Below are positions 44,061 to 57,632 of a DNA stretch of 64,000 bases, in pieces; positions within the stretch are counted from its first letter, which is position 1, and every line of letters begins with the position of its first letter. The stretch is taken from the NCBI GenBank assembly GCA_002269645.1, contig NIVC01003067.1:9929-73928 (forward strand), written 5' to 3'. Below the pieces are notes generated by a model. That model was not told the DNA's origin and did not search any database. It saw nothing but the letters and a program-made list of their open reading frames with translations. This DNA is from Macrostomum lignano. Its lineage: Eukaryota. The position numbers were made by a program, and so were the translations under genes.

Positions 44061-46636
44061 TTCCGGGCTTCTGCACTATCCGCAAGGACCGTAAAACCGC
44101 CCGCTGCGACCCGAACGTTAAAGGCGGCGGCCTGCTCTTCTTTATCCGGCAAGTCATTCCGTTCAATAAACCCGAGGATGGTCTGGCGGAACCACCGAAG
44201 GCTGCAGAATTTCGATCAGCACCTCGGCCAGACAAAAACTTGTCATCTCCAACATCTGCAGCACAAGCTCAGTGCCTGGTCGACTGGTGCAACTCCGTGG
44301 ACTACCGCATCCTGAACTCAGGGGAACACACTTAAGTTGACAGGCGCACCGGACGGGCTAGTGCTCCCGATCTCACCATCGCTAGTCAATCAGTGGCCGA
44401 CCTCTTTAAATGGCAACCGCTCACCGAGCTCGGCTCCGATCACCAACCCATCCTGGTGATTGTCCCGGAATCCCGTGAAACCCTGAGCACTGCGCCTCGC
44501 TTCAGCTGGTCTTGGAAGAAAGCGAACTGGACTGCTTACCAGACCCTGCTCTCCGAGGACGCCGACCGCCTCAATGGCGGCTCCATTAAGAAACAGATTG
44601 CCAGGCTCTGCTCGGGCATGCTTAAAGCAGCCAAATCTGCTATCCCGCTAAAAAAAGTCTCTGCCAAAAACAAGCCATACTGGGATGAAGAACTTACTGA
44701 ACTTCGCGACACTCGGAACCGGCTTTGGGAATCTGGCGCCCATCCTGGTGAGTGGCTCGAAAAAAGTCACGAACTGTCCAAACTCTGTACCGAAAAGAAA
44801 GCCGAATTCTGGAAGGAGTACATCAATAAAATGTCCGACTCTGCCGACCCAAAACAAGTCTGGAGGACTGTCAAGTGCCTCAGCAACGGCAAACAACAAG
44901 CTCCTCCCAACGAATCTCTCGTTGTTGATGGTCGAGAACTGCGCACGGACAAGGAAAAGGCTAACGCCTTTGGCCGCTATTGCGAAAACATCAGCACTCT
45001 GAAACACTCGGCGGTGGACCGCAAGGTCAAAGTGGCCACGTCCCGTCGCCTGGCCCACTACTCCACCGACGACAACCTTTAATGCCGTGACTTCACCCCT
45101 GGTGAGCTGAAACGGGCCATTGGCAAACTTGACCCAAGCAAAAAATGTGGGCCCGACGAAATCGAAGCTGCCTTCTTCATCCACCTGCCGGACTCTTGGA
45201 TGACGGCCTGGCTGGCCGTCTTCAACCGTTGCTGGCGTACCGGACACTTCCCTGGAGTCTGGAAAAAGGCCGTTATCGTCCCCCTGCTAAAGGACGGAAA
45301 GGACCCCAAAGACCGCGGTAGCTACAGGCCTGTCAGCCTCACCTCCATCTGCGGGAAGATCCTCGAACGGCTTATCCTCGATCGCCTCTTTCGCTGGCTC
45401 GAGCTCCACCACAACATCATTCAGCCCTGCCAAGCCGGTTTTCAACGTAGTCGCGGCTATGAAGAGCAAATCACCCGCCCCGTTCAGTCTATTCAAGATG
45501 AATGGGAGAAACACCCGCACTTGAAAACTGTGGCCGTCCTCATCGACTGCTCTCGCGCCTTCGACCGTGTTTGCGCGCTCGCCTTATTGGTCGCATGATG
45601 GACGAAGGTTCACCAGCTTTCTCGAAGGCAGGCAGATCGCTGTGCGGGTCGGCTCCTCGCTTGGGAAATGGCGCAGACGGAGGGCGCCGTCAGCTCGCCT
45701 GCCCTCTTCCTCATCGATGTTAATAAGTGGTCCGGTCACACCGTGCCTCTCGTTGACTACAGTGGCATTGCAGACGATCTCGCCCTCTGGAGCACGGGCC
45801 GGAACCTCCCGGAAATCCAGGCTCGCCTCCAATCCGCCCTGCAGCTCGTCGAGTAATGGGCCGCTCATCTGCGTATCGACATCAACCCTTCTAAAACTGA
45901 GGGATGCCTCTTCTCTCGTGACAGATCTGACCGTCAACGCAACCTCAGCCTCACCCTCCGGGGCCAACAGATTCCTTTCAAGCAGGAGATTAAGTTTCTC
46001 GGAATCTGGATTGACCAATGTCTGCAATTCGAAAAGCAAACTGACTCCGTCCGGGAAAGAATGCTTCGCAGAGCTGCCATTCTTCGTGCCCTAGCCCACC
46101 GTGAATGGGGCTGGGATCGCAAGCTGCTGCTGCGAGTCTACCGGGCTCTTGTCGAATCCATCGTGTGGCACGCCGCCGCGGCCTGGACGCCCTGGCTATC
46201 TGCGACCCCAGCCCAGCGTGAGGCCCTCCGGGTTGTCACTGGTTTCCCCCGCTCGACACCGGTAGAGGTCATCTACCTCTTGAAAGAGGTACCTCTTGAA
46301 TTTTCTCTTCTATTCTCCCCCCGCTTATTTATTATCAAGAGGAGGCCCTTTAGGACCTCCTAGTCTCGCAGGTCCGCGCCGGGCACTGTCCTGCATCGAT
46401 CTACTACCGCAACCGCACTGGCATTGAGGTCGGGGGCAACTGCCGTCTTTGCGCGGAAGAGGTCGATCGGTACCACCTTCTCAACTGCCCGGCCCTGGAC
46501 GTCCAACGCCGTACTCACGGCATTACCGAAATGTGTCAACTCGCTCGCGCAGACGTAGTGGCGCTTCTCCTTGGGGCCATCGGTTGGTGTCCCCTTTAGG
46601 AGAGGCTCACCGCATACAACAACAACAACAACAACA
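44058..46636 (+). mobile_element. 5'-truncated, decayed non-LTR retrotransposon (I/Jockey group): APE endonuclease, RT, C-terminal CCHC, (CAA)n tail
   Basis: EN motifs RKDR..GGGLLFFIR, NSGEHT, PDLT, LGSDHQPI; RT motifs GPDEI, WKKAVIVPLLK, SYRPVSLTS, QAGF, DCSRAFDRV, IADDLAL, KFLGIWID; CRLC-x7-H-x3-C zinc finger; tail at 46617-46636. Multiple stops, frameshifts and deletions. Confidence 0.92.
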
Positions 46637-48499
46637 CCACCAGCTACACTCAACTCAGGCATTATTTCTTCACAGGCTGATTTAATTTGGTTTATATTAT
46701 AAGCAGCGTTCGTTCTCTAAAGCTAATATTCTTAAAGCCTGTCAGCCCGCCCGTCTGTCTGTCCTGTAACGACTCCAGAATATAATAGCTCATTGTGTGC
46801 ATCCCTGTCACCAGTCAGCCGGATTGTTAGGAGTTAGGAGATTATTTTCTTTTTCTTCACCCGCTAAAAAGAAGGCCCATTCATACTCTTGAGCCGAAAT
46901 CGACTTTTCTATTCATATCAAGGCCGGTATTTTCAAAATATTCCGGCGACCTGAGAGTGCAAATCCCTTCAAGATGAAATGGTGACCAGTCGAGATGATC
47001 AGTCTGCCTGCTTATGTAGAGTCTAAAGTGGCCCAAGTTTTTATGCATTTTCCAATCCCGCGCTTTGTACAGTTTTTCATTGGCAGATTTCTTTTTTTCG
47101 GCGCTTTCTACTGCTTCACTGCATGCTGCATGCTCCTTCCCATTGTCATTTAAAACGAATTTTAAATGATTTTTGTAGCAGCTCTCACTCCGAAGCCTCG
47201 AGGAAAATCAGAACACTTTTTATTAAATCCTAGCCGACAGCCGGCTTGCAAAGTCAGGTAAAAATGGTTTTCTGCTCACGCATAACTGCTTTTTAGATTT
47301 TCTCTATTGAAGCTTTTGTCAAACTTGTTCATTGTTCTGCGTCATAGCCCAGTACGCTTGTTGTTTGTGGCAGCGACTATGGCTTCGGTTTGTTTGTTTA
47401 TTCTATATGCAACTCTGATGCAAATTTTTTCACGACTGAGGTCATGGGGTCTGCATGGTCTAGCTAGAGGCGCTGCCCTGACGCTCTTGTGCCAAACACC
47501 AGCGCCAAGTACTTAGAAGAGAGCAGTGGAGCTCTAATACGGTTTGACAGTGGAGATTCAGGTGAACAATTTGATGGCTTGATGAAGGACATTCTATTCT
47601 GCGTGAGCTCCACTTTACTAATTGGCCCATTAGTGTGGCCGTTATTATGCTACAGTATGTGGAATTACTTACTTTAGATGTACTTTACCATCGCTAGCGA
47701 CTGTTCGGTGCATCATAGAGGTTGCAAAATTTGTACCGTGTTTGTAAGCAGACGCAATAGTTTCACGAGCTCAATAGATAATTGGCAGTTACCTCCTAAA
47801 GCTGACACCTAATAGCATGCCTGGGCCTGTGATCTCTAAGAAAAGAATAGACAAAGACAATGGACAACTAAACACTTACGGCTAACATGTATAAAGCTGA
47901 CACAGTGTTACCTTGATTAGAGAGTGATCTAATTTTGTTCCTATCGCTAATGCATAGTTAATCCTTAGCTGACGATTAGGATCCTTGGGGGGAATTGCTA
48001 GGAGGGCGCTGCATTGTACTTAAAGCGGAGCTCTATCATGTTGGGATAAACTTCGATGTAATAATTAATACCATCAGTGTAAGCAGCTTTCAAGTCTCTG
48101 AGCTCCCTCTTGTCCTTTATTTATTCACTTCACGGATGCCTTCCTTCGTGTCAGGATTCGGATTCCTGCGCCGCGTTTTCCAGACGTACAGCTCAGACAG
48201 AGATATGGCTACTTAATTTTTTTATTATTTTAGATTAGAAAAAGTAAGCACATTTGAATATGAAATAGTAGCGCAAAGAAATAATAATAATGTTTAGTAA
48301 GTTAGCAACAAATTAAAAATATTCTGGCAAGCAACGCGAGTTGGTGCAAAGTACAAGACAATTATAAGTCCAAACAGGTGTATATCGTTACCACTTTCAG
48401 ATAACTGTTTTGTTAATAGGCTTTTGACCATAAATATTTCTCGCCGCCAGAGAATATGCAGAGGCGCAGAGAGTCCGTTGTGGTGTTGGGGGGTGAAGA

Positions 48500-49155
48500 T
48501 CTAACCATAGACATTCTAACCATAGACATTCTAACCATAGACATTCTAACCATAGAAATTCTAACCATAGACATTCTAACCATAGACATTCTAACCATAG
48601 ACATTCTAACCATAGAAATTCTAACCATAGACATTCTAACCATAGACATTCTAACCATAGACATTCTAACCATAGAAATTCTAACCATAGACATTCTAAC
48701 CATAGAAATTCTAACCATAGACATTCTAACCATAGACATTCTAACCATAGACATTCTAACCATAGACATTCTAACCATAGACATTCTAACCATAGACATT
48801 CTAACCATAGACATTCTAACCATAGAAATTCTAACCATAGAAATTCTAACCATAGACATTCTAACCATAGACATTCTAACCATAGACATTCTAACCATAG
48901 ACATTCTAACCATAGACATTCTAACCATAGACATTCTAACCATAGAAATTCTAACCATAGACATTCTAACCATAGACATTCTAACCATAGACATTCTAAC
49001 CATAGACATTCTAACCATAGAAATTCTAACCATAGAAATTCTAACCATAGAAATTCTAACCATAGACATTCTAACCATAGACATTCTAACCATAGACATT
49101 CTAACCATAGACATTCTAACCATAGACATTCTAACCATAGACATTCTAACCATGG
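48500..49155. repeat. 15-bp minisatellite (accatagacattcta), about 43 copies
   Basis: Homogeneous array with c/a variants; lies about 270 bp beyond the GPCR stop. Confidence 0.97.
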
Positions 49156-49422
49156 ACAAATTTTCCCTGAATTAAACAGCCCTACTAACAATATTTCTAT
49201 TTTAAAGATATTTTAAAATATTTTAAACTTCGTGATTTTTCTATATCTCTTTCTATATCTTCTATTTCTCTATCTGTCTATTGCTCAATTTCTATGGGAT
49301 TTATTCATAGTTTGCGCGTTTAGTTAGTTTTGCAGGTGGGTTTGGGCGTTACCCAGGTCGGCAGGGTCGGCAAGGGCGGCACACGCGAGAGGCAAACAAA
49401 GCAAGCAAACAGCACGCGATAG

Positions 49423-50673
49423 TCAAGTTGCCACATCAAACTGAACGGTGTGCAGCTTGGGACAGACGCACCGGTGATTATACTGATGCAGGTGGCCCTG
49501 CGGTATCGCCAGCAGCCGATTGTTCAGCATGTCGTACGAGGCCGAGCTGTCGCCGAAGAAGGCTGGCGGCGGCTGCGCCCGCTGAGGACTGCGCTGATTC
49601 CGGCGGGTCTGCGGCATCAGGTGGCGGTGCTGGACGGCCTGCCGATTGACGGCGCGGCTCGGAGCGTAGATGCTGGCCTCGTTGCTCAGGCCGCAGCAGC
49701 ATTTGCAGCATCGGACGCAGGACGTGCACAGACTGGCCACTACTGTCGATCTGGTGGCAAACATAAAGTACAATATAGGATTCAGAACACTGTGCAGCAG
49801 GACCAGCTTCTCCGACACAGTCGGGAACAGGGAGTTGCGCAGAAGTCGGCCGTCCGAGTACACGTGCAGCATCAGGGCGAGAAAGTAGGGCAGCCAGCAC
49901 AATAGGAAGGCGATTACGACACAGAGGCTCATAAATACGGCTTTGATTTTGGCTCGCGACAGCAGCCGACTGCCGCCCCAAGCATTCGATTGCTGCTGTT
50001 GCTGTTGCAGCAAGTGTACTTGATGCTGCGACGGCTGGCTCTGGCTGGAGCCCATCAACAGCTGAGGATGGTAGTCGCAATGGCAGCCCCGTTCGCTGCC
50101 ATCGTTGACGCTCGCACCTCCGCTGCCGCTGCTGCTGCCGCCCCTGCCACAGACGCGGTCGATGCAGATACCTCCGCCTCCGCCTTCGCCGCCGTTGTTG
50201 ACAGCAGGGCAGGAGCCATTCAAGCGGCGTTGAATCTGTGCCGGCATCTTGTTACTGCTCGCTTTCATGTTCCTCCTCAATGGCGCCATCATAATCATCT
50301 GCTGAGTCTGCAACCGGCTCGAGCTGTCCGACCCGACTGTCTCATCCGTGGACTGGACTGGCACTGCGCGAGTTCGCTGCCAGATAGCGTAGACAATCCT
50401 GCCGTAGCAGTAGACCATGGCCAGAGTAGGAAACACAACAACCACCAACAGGACATAGAGCAGGTAGATCTTCCTCTGCCAGGGCTCCGAATAGCCTTCG
50501 CTCTCGCACCGAGTCAGTGTGTAGTTGCCGGTCGCAGTAACTTGCACAACCGTGGTTTGCTTGAAAATGAACAGCTGCGGCGTCGCAAACACCAGGGCGC
50601 AGAGCCAGCAGGCCAGGATTCGGCGGGCCACGCGGGAATCGCGGTGGAACGCGCGGAGAGGCTTCACTAATAC
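49423..50673 (-). CDS. Class A neuropeptide GPCR, last coding exon (ICL2 to C-terminus)
   Basis: Acceptor ccctaattcAG, phase 0. VLVKPL; TM4 ILACWLCALVFATPQLFIF; ECL2 RCESEGYSEPWQRKIY; TM5 ...FPTLAMVYCYGRI; long low-complexity ICL3; TM6 AKIKAVFMSLCVVIAFLLCWLPYF; TM7 LHSVLNPILY; 1251 bp to the stop. Confidence 0.92.
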   Translation of the reverse strand, partial: VLVKPLRAFHRDSRVARRILACWLCALVFATPQLFIFKQTTVVQVTATGNYTLTRCESEGYSEPWQRKIYLLYVLLVVVVFPTLAMVYCYGRIVYAIWQRTRAVPVQSTDETVGSDSSSRLQTQQMIMMAPLRRNMKASSNKMPAQIQRRLNGSCPAVNNGGEGGGGGICIDRVCGRGGSSSGSGGASVNDGSERGCHCDYHPQLLMGSSQSQPSQHQVHLLQQQQQQSNAWGGSRLLSRAKIKAVFMSLCVVIAFLLCWLPYFLALMLHVYSDGRLLRNSLFPTVSEKLVLLHSVLNPILYFMFATRSTVVASLCTSCVRCCKCCCGLSNEASIYAPSRAVNRQAVQHRHLMPQTRRNQRSPQRAQPPPAFFGDSSASYDMLNNRLLAIPQGHLHQYNHRCVCPKLHTVQFDVAT

Positions 50674-50997
50674 CTGAATTAGGGTTGGAATTAGGGATGC
50701 GACCATGTTCAAATGCAAGGCTTCAGATCTATCTAACCGAATAACTTTTGTAGGGCGCAAGGTCTGACAGAATTCAAGCAGTCAGAGCTCGCAAATCACA
50801 AAGCTAATTGGAATGCCCGAGACAGCAACGAGCTAAGTTGGGTGAGCCAACAACATGGAATAGGGTCTGGGAGGTGTGTTGCGAGCATTGATCTTCCATG
50901 TGTCTGTCGCTTTGCCACATCGAACAACCGCGCCGATGAAGTCTGGGTTTCCCACAAAGCCACGAATTCTTTTCCATGCTGCCAACCCAGTTAATTT

Positions 50998-52395
50998 AGT
51001 GTGCTGCCACCACATATTCAGTGTGCTGCCACCACATATTCAGTGTGCTGCCACCACATATTCAGTGTGCTGCCACCACATATTCAGTGTGCTGCCACCA
51101 CATATTCAGTGTGCTGCCACCACATATTCAGTGTGCTGCCACCACATATTCAGTGTGCTGCCACCACATATTCAGTGTGCTGCCACCACATATTCAGTGT
51201 GCTGCCACCACATATTCAGTGTGCTGCCACCACATATTCAGTGTGCTGCCACCACATATTCAGTGTGCTGCCACCCCATATTCAGTGTGCTGCCACCACA
51301 TATTCAGTGTGCTGCCACCACATATTCAGTGTGCTGCCACCACATATTCAGTGTGCTGCCACCCCATACTCAGTGTGCTGCCACCCCATACTCAGTGTCT
51401 GCCACCTCATATTCAGTGTGCTGCCACCACATATTCAGTGTGCTGCCACCACATATTCAGTGTCTGCCACCTCATATTCAGTGTACTGCCACCACATATT
51501 CAGTGTGCTGCCACCCCATATTCAGTGTGCTGCCACCACATATTCAGTGTGCTGCCACCCCATATTCAGTGTGCTGCCACCCCATACTCAGTGTGCTGCC
51601 ACCACATATTCAGTGTGCTGCCACCCCATATTCAGTGTGCTGCCACCACATATTCAGTGTGCTGCCACCCCATACTCAGTGTGCTGCCACCACATATTCA
51701 GTGTCTGCCACTCCATACTCAGTGTGCTGCCACCACATATTCAGTGTGCTGCCACCACATATTCAGTGTGCTGCCACCACATATTCAGTGTGCTGCCACC
51801 ACATATTCAGTGTGCTGCCACCACATATTCAGTGTGCTGCCACCCCATATTCAGTGTGCTGCCACCACATATTCAGTGTGCTGCCACCACATATTCAGTG
51901 TGCTGCCACCACATATTCAGTGTGCTGCCACCCCATACTCAGTGTGCTGCCACCCCATACTCAGTGTCTGCCACCTCATATTCAGTGTGCTGCCACCAAA
52001 TATTCAGTGTGCTGCCACCACATATTCAGTGTCTGCCACCTCATATTCAGTGTACTGCCACCACATATTCAGTGTGCTGCCACCCCATATTCAGTGTGCT
52101 GCCACCACATATTCAGTGTGCTGCCACCCCATATTCAGTGTGCTGCCACCCCATACTCAGTGTGCTGCCACCACATATTCAGTGTGCTGCCACCCCATAT
52201 TCAGTGTGCTGCCACCACATATTCAGTGTGCTGCCACCCCATATTCAGTGTGCTGCCACCCCATACTCAGTGTGCTGCCACCCCATATTCAGTGTCTGCC
52301 ACTCCATACTCAGTGTGCTGCCACCACATATTCAGTGTGCTGCCACCCCATACTCAGTGTGCTGCCACCACATATTCAGTGTCTGCCACTCCATA
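50998..52395. repeat. 22-bp minisatellite (gtgtgctgccaccacatattca) in the GPCR intron, about 64 copies
   Basis: Direct tandem units; they explain three long repetitive ORFs. Confidence 0.97.
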
Positions 52396-53171
52396 TCCAT
52401 ATACTAACAATGAGTTGTTCAGTGTGCTGAAATCAAACTCTAGCTTATCTTAGAGTAACCAAACTGCTATAATGCAGTCAAATCCTTATAAAAATACCTG
52501 AAATTCGATAACTAAGAGTGCATCTGTGACACCTGACACATCATTATCAAAATTTCAGATGATAGGCTTCATGGGTCTTCCAAGGCATTTGGCCGAGTGG
52601 AAGCTTTTGTATGTATTTTTGGCTTCAATTCACCTTTATCACGCATTTTCTAGCCTTGGTTTCAAAATTCATGCGTGACTTGCCCTTATTTTTGTGCAAT
52701 AGCAGTGACTTGGCCTTGACAGGTTTAGAACAGGCACCTATTTGACCAGTTGTCAATGTGAAAAATAGCTGGTACAAGCGGTTGGGTCAGCGCTTTTAAC
52801 GCATAAAACGCTTGCCTCTGAGCACCCCCCGATGCGCACTTATACGAGCTATAAATAATTGAGCAACACATGACGACATGCAGACTGTCATACTCTGGAC
52901 CCTGGGATTAACTCCATTCATTCCCACCCGACATCGATCAAGGCTTTCCCATCCAGGATTTAAACTAATAATGCTTCGCTCCAATATTACTCAGAATAGT
53001 TCCCCTCAAGCCGTCAGGCGCGGCTCCTCTTCCGAACGTCCTCATAACTCTCCGCCTCCTGTCTAATCAGGCGGAAAACTTTTTACCCAAATGGTTGCGA
53101 TGGACTGCTAACTTCTACGGTGAAATATATGGCACCGCGATACTTTTCACAAAGATGCTCTGGAAAGTTGT

Positions 53172-53671
<500 letters not shown>

Positions 53672-53688
53672 CTGTTTCTCAAGCGCTT

Positions 53689-53843
53689 AGCACCAGCTCA
53701 CCTCGTATCTGTCAACAGTCATCACCAGCACCAGCTCACCTCGTATCTGTCATCAGTCATCGCCAGCACCAGCTCACCTCGTATCTGTCATCAGTCATCG
53801 CCAGCACCAGCTCACCTCGTATCTGTCAACAGTCATCGCCAGC
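53689..53843 (-). repeat. 38-bp tandem repeat spanning the GPCR exon end and splice donor (4 copies)
   Basis: ctcac (minus-strand GTGAG) at 53697, 53735, 53773 and 53811, each followed by ctcgtatctgtca. Confidence 0.95.
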
Positions 53844-54224
53844 AGCAGGAAGGCCGTGGAGGCCAGGCAGACGAACTGCACGTAGACAACCAGTTTGCAC
53901 ATGACGGGGCCGAGCTCCCACTGGCCGAAGGCGATGAAGAGCAGCTCTCCTGAGCACACAACTGCACCAACGCAGATGTCGCCGACAGCCAAGTTGATGA
54001 GGAAGAAGTTGATGCGCATAATTTTGCCAACAAGCCTCCAGGTCTGGCGAATGTAGACAATTAGGCGCAAATTACCAGCAATGGCCAGCACCATTGTGAG
54101 GCAGAGCACCACCAGGGAGGCCACGTCCTCAGCGGACATGATTCGAACTTCCCCGTGGCTTGTTGAAGTTGTCAAGTCGAAATAGTTTGTGTCATTGAGC
54201 TGCTCCGTGAGCGCGGAACTGGAC
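53816..54224 (-). CDS. Class A neuropeptide GPCR, exon encoding TM1-TM3 (vasopressin/GnRH/CCAP superfamily)
   Basis: TM1 ..VLAIAGN; TM2 INFFLINLAVGDICVG; WELGPVMCK; TM3 ..LLAMTVDRYE, then donor GTGAGC (phase 0), joining VLVKPL. The 5' boundary is uncertain: candidate acceptor at plus 54225-54226, or an ATG at 54139. Confidence 0.88.
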
Positions 54225-54869
54225 CTGGGGGTGTTGCATAAAGGCGTGTATGATGGTGGAGTGCGCAAAGCGAAAGTATTCCGGGTATTCCGGGAAATCG
54301 ATAAATGATGGAAAGGTTAAAAAAACGTTGCCCAGTGAACTTTGCATACTTGCCAGATAAAACTTGATGCAGAAAAGTCTTTTCTTAAAGAGCTGCTTTT
54401 ATTCTTCAAAATGAAAACAGTTGATTGACAAAGTCCTCCTTTCTTAACTCAACACAGCCTTCACGATGCCTTATGGAGTTTTACCTCGAAAAAATCATTG
54501 GACTTCTTTTATTGCACTTGACTTTGCTACTTTCTATAGCCCTTGCGAATCTTACGAGTACTTGCGACTATTCTCTATACATGTAGCTATACGCTTGTGA
54601 CATGACAGATTCAAAAGTACCACGTGGGGGATGACGATTGATTTTGTCTGGCCAAGTAACCGAATTAAGTCTGCTGGAGAAGAAGCTGCTCCACGGTCTG
54701 CGCAGCCACTGGCCATCCATGGGAAAGGCCGAGTGCTTGGCCAAACTTCAAATTGTCCACCGAATTTGCATTCTGCCAGTTTAACCCGGGGTTCCGCTGA
54801 AGCCCGGCGTCCCCTGAGACTTGAATTGATCAACCAATCATTCATGATACAGTTTCTCACGCACTTCAG

Positions 54870-55629
<760 letters not shown>

Positions 55630-56585
55630 ATGCATACAGGCCCGCGACCTGCACTTCTACTCTGAGAGAAAGCGCGCACGTCAGTAAATAGTACCCAATG
55701 CTAGCGTCTATTTATCATTTATCATTTGTGAGATAATTTTTGTACAAGGAGATAAACACTCTGAAGAATGGATGCTGAGCCATCTGACGAGATTTATCCT
55801 AGTGGCAGATGTAGCAGCATCTGCTGTTCTATTTCGATCATCAGTACGCCTGTAACTTTCAGCCCATTGCACTGAGTCGTGTGGCATCTTTGAATAACTT
55901 TCTATAAATTTCCAGCAGTTCAGAGGAGAAAAAATAGCTATATGAAAAGGAATAAAATAGAATTATAGACGTGACAAAGTCAGTTATTCACTGTATGAAT
56001 TGTCTGCTTGTCATAACAATTTTTTGTGTCAAATGTAAAACAGCACAGCTATTTTAGGAATAAACACACTTATAGTTACGGATTTTTTCCACTCAGACTT
56101 AACCGAAGACGTCATCACGTGTAAATAATAGTTATATGCAGCTGTCATTTCCCAAATCTTTCAGCACAAACTTTGCAGGAAGTTTGCAGCCATTGAATTT
56201 TGGCAAAACAGTCTTTTACGACGTTAATTAAAGCAGAAATATTTCAAGAAAATACTTCCGCTAAAGGCATGCAGAAATGAATTGCTTTTTATGGTTCTGA
56301 AGACCGAATAAGAATAAGCCAAGCTTGGCGAAAGCAAATGGCTAAAATTTCTCCGGTGACCTGGCAAGAAAACAAGGGTAGAGTACTTTTTTAGCCAGAC
56401 GAAAACTTTGTGGAGACTCAACTGGTTGAGTTGTTTTGCTTCAGGGCCTTCTGAATAGTAATGTTCTGTTTTATCTAGTAAATCGTGTAATACGAACGCA
56501 TGTGATGGGTTGAATCAGCTGTTTAAATTGTGATGTTTCAAGCGCGTTTCTACACATTTCTATCATAAGCATAATCATAAGCATA

Positions 56586-56850
56586 GGCGGCTGTAGCCTA
56601 GTGGTTGGAGCGTCGGGCTCACGACTTGAAGGTCGGGGGTTCTAACAATTTGTGTCCTTGAGCAAGACACTTAACTCTGCATTGCTTCAGTTCACCCAGC
56701 TGTAAAATGGGTGCCAGCATTAGCTGGGGTAATTGAGGCTGTGTGTGGCGACCCCCAGTCCTTGGACTGAACAGCCGTACGCAGCCTTCAGATGCGACAC
56801 GCAAATAGCTGCGGCTGAGCTGTCGGTTGCACATCTGCCCATTAGGGCAG
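56586..56850 (+). mobile_element. tRNA-derived SINE with CORE-like central domain
   Basis: Pol III A box TAGCCTAGTGG and degenerate B box GGTTCTAAC, followed by tgtgtccttgagcaagacacttaac...ttcagttcacccagctgtaaaatggg, which resembles the MIR/CORE consensus (tgtgaccttgggcaagtcacttaac...ctcagtttcctcatctgtaaaatggg, from recall). Confidence 0.72.
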
Positions 56851-57632
56851 GTGTTTTCAACTATTAGTATTGTTATAATTACCCATCATGTACTGATTTT
56901 TGACAATCTGCCCCTGATCAGCCCTTTGCGTGATGCACTATTGACCCCGATCACGGCCCATGTGTGATTGAAACACACGCGCTGAGAAAGCAAAACACAA
57001 TTTAAGCAACCTATGCTGCTTCTCTCCATTATATATTTTTAAAACTAAGACAGTAACTTACCAGTTGTCCATCGATTGTTATCGGGTATTAATATTATTT
57101 TTTTGTTTATAATGGCAGCGATTTTTATGTATTGCAATCTTATCTGTAGCAACGCAAGTCAATATTGATCTGCATTGTCCTATCTGCTAATATTAGCTTT
57201 GGCTGGTATCTCTGGGCGCTTAAAGTCTAACACTGGCTTCCCATGACGCATATCCCATGCTAGGATTGGCGAGGGATAAAAGGGGAGAAAGGGGAACTGG
57301 GGTAGGCTACGGCCTGAGGGCCAATGAATGACAGTTGACTTTCCTACGCTCCTATACAGAGCTTCTGGACCTGGTAGTGGAAATGCTGCAACAATCAGTC
57401 ATCTGGGATTTAATTTTTTGCCAAACCCATTCATTGTTTTGAGAAAGCTTTAAAATATTGGCCGTTAGAATAAAGCATTTTAAATTGAAGGCATAAATTC
57501 AATCAACAAATTAGCTACCTGTAGAAAAATGAACAATTGTAAGCCATGGGGCTGTCCTACCCCACTCACACTCGAGCGATTCACACTCACGAAGGCCAAC
57601 CTCCTAAGGCTCACAGAGTGTACATGCCTGAC

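Noticed and set aside
47300-48200. Possible highly decayed CR1/L2 LINE
   Set aside because: Only faint motif echoes and no intact RT motif.
48397-49191. ORFs of (LECLW)n, (MVRMS)n and (IDILT)n
   Set aside because: A 15-bp array that is open in several frames; no coding signature.
49428-50670. Plus-strand ORFs overlapping the GPCR (and similar antisense ORFs over gag-pol and the coiled-coil exons)
   Set aside because: Shadow ORFs expected opposite GC-rich coding sequence.
50876-52453. Three ORFs of 468-525 aa rich in Cys and His
   Set aside because: Frame-cycling translation of a 22-bp intronic minisatellite on the strand opposite the GPCR.
54552-54860. Candidate upstream coding exon of the GPCR (phase-2 donor GTAAGA at about 54555)
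   Set aside because: The phase fits the candidate acceptor, but the peptide is not convincingly coding; cDNA is needed.
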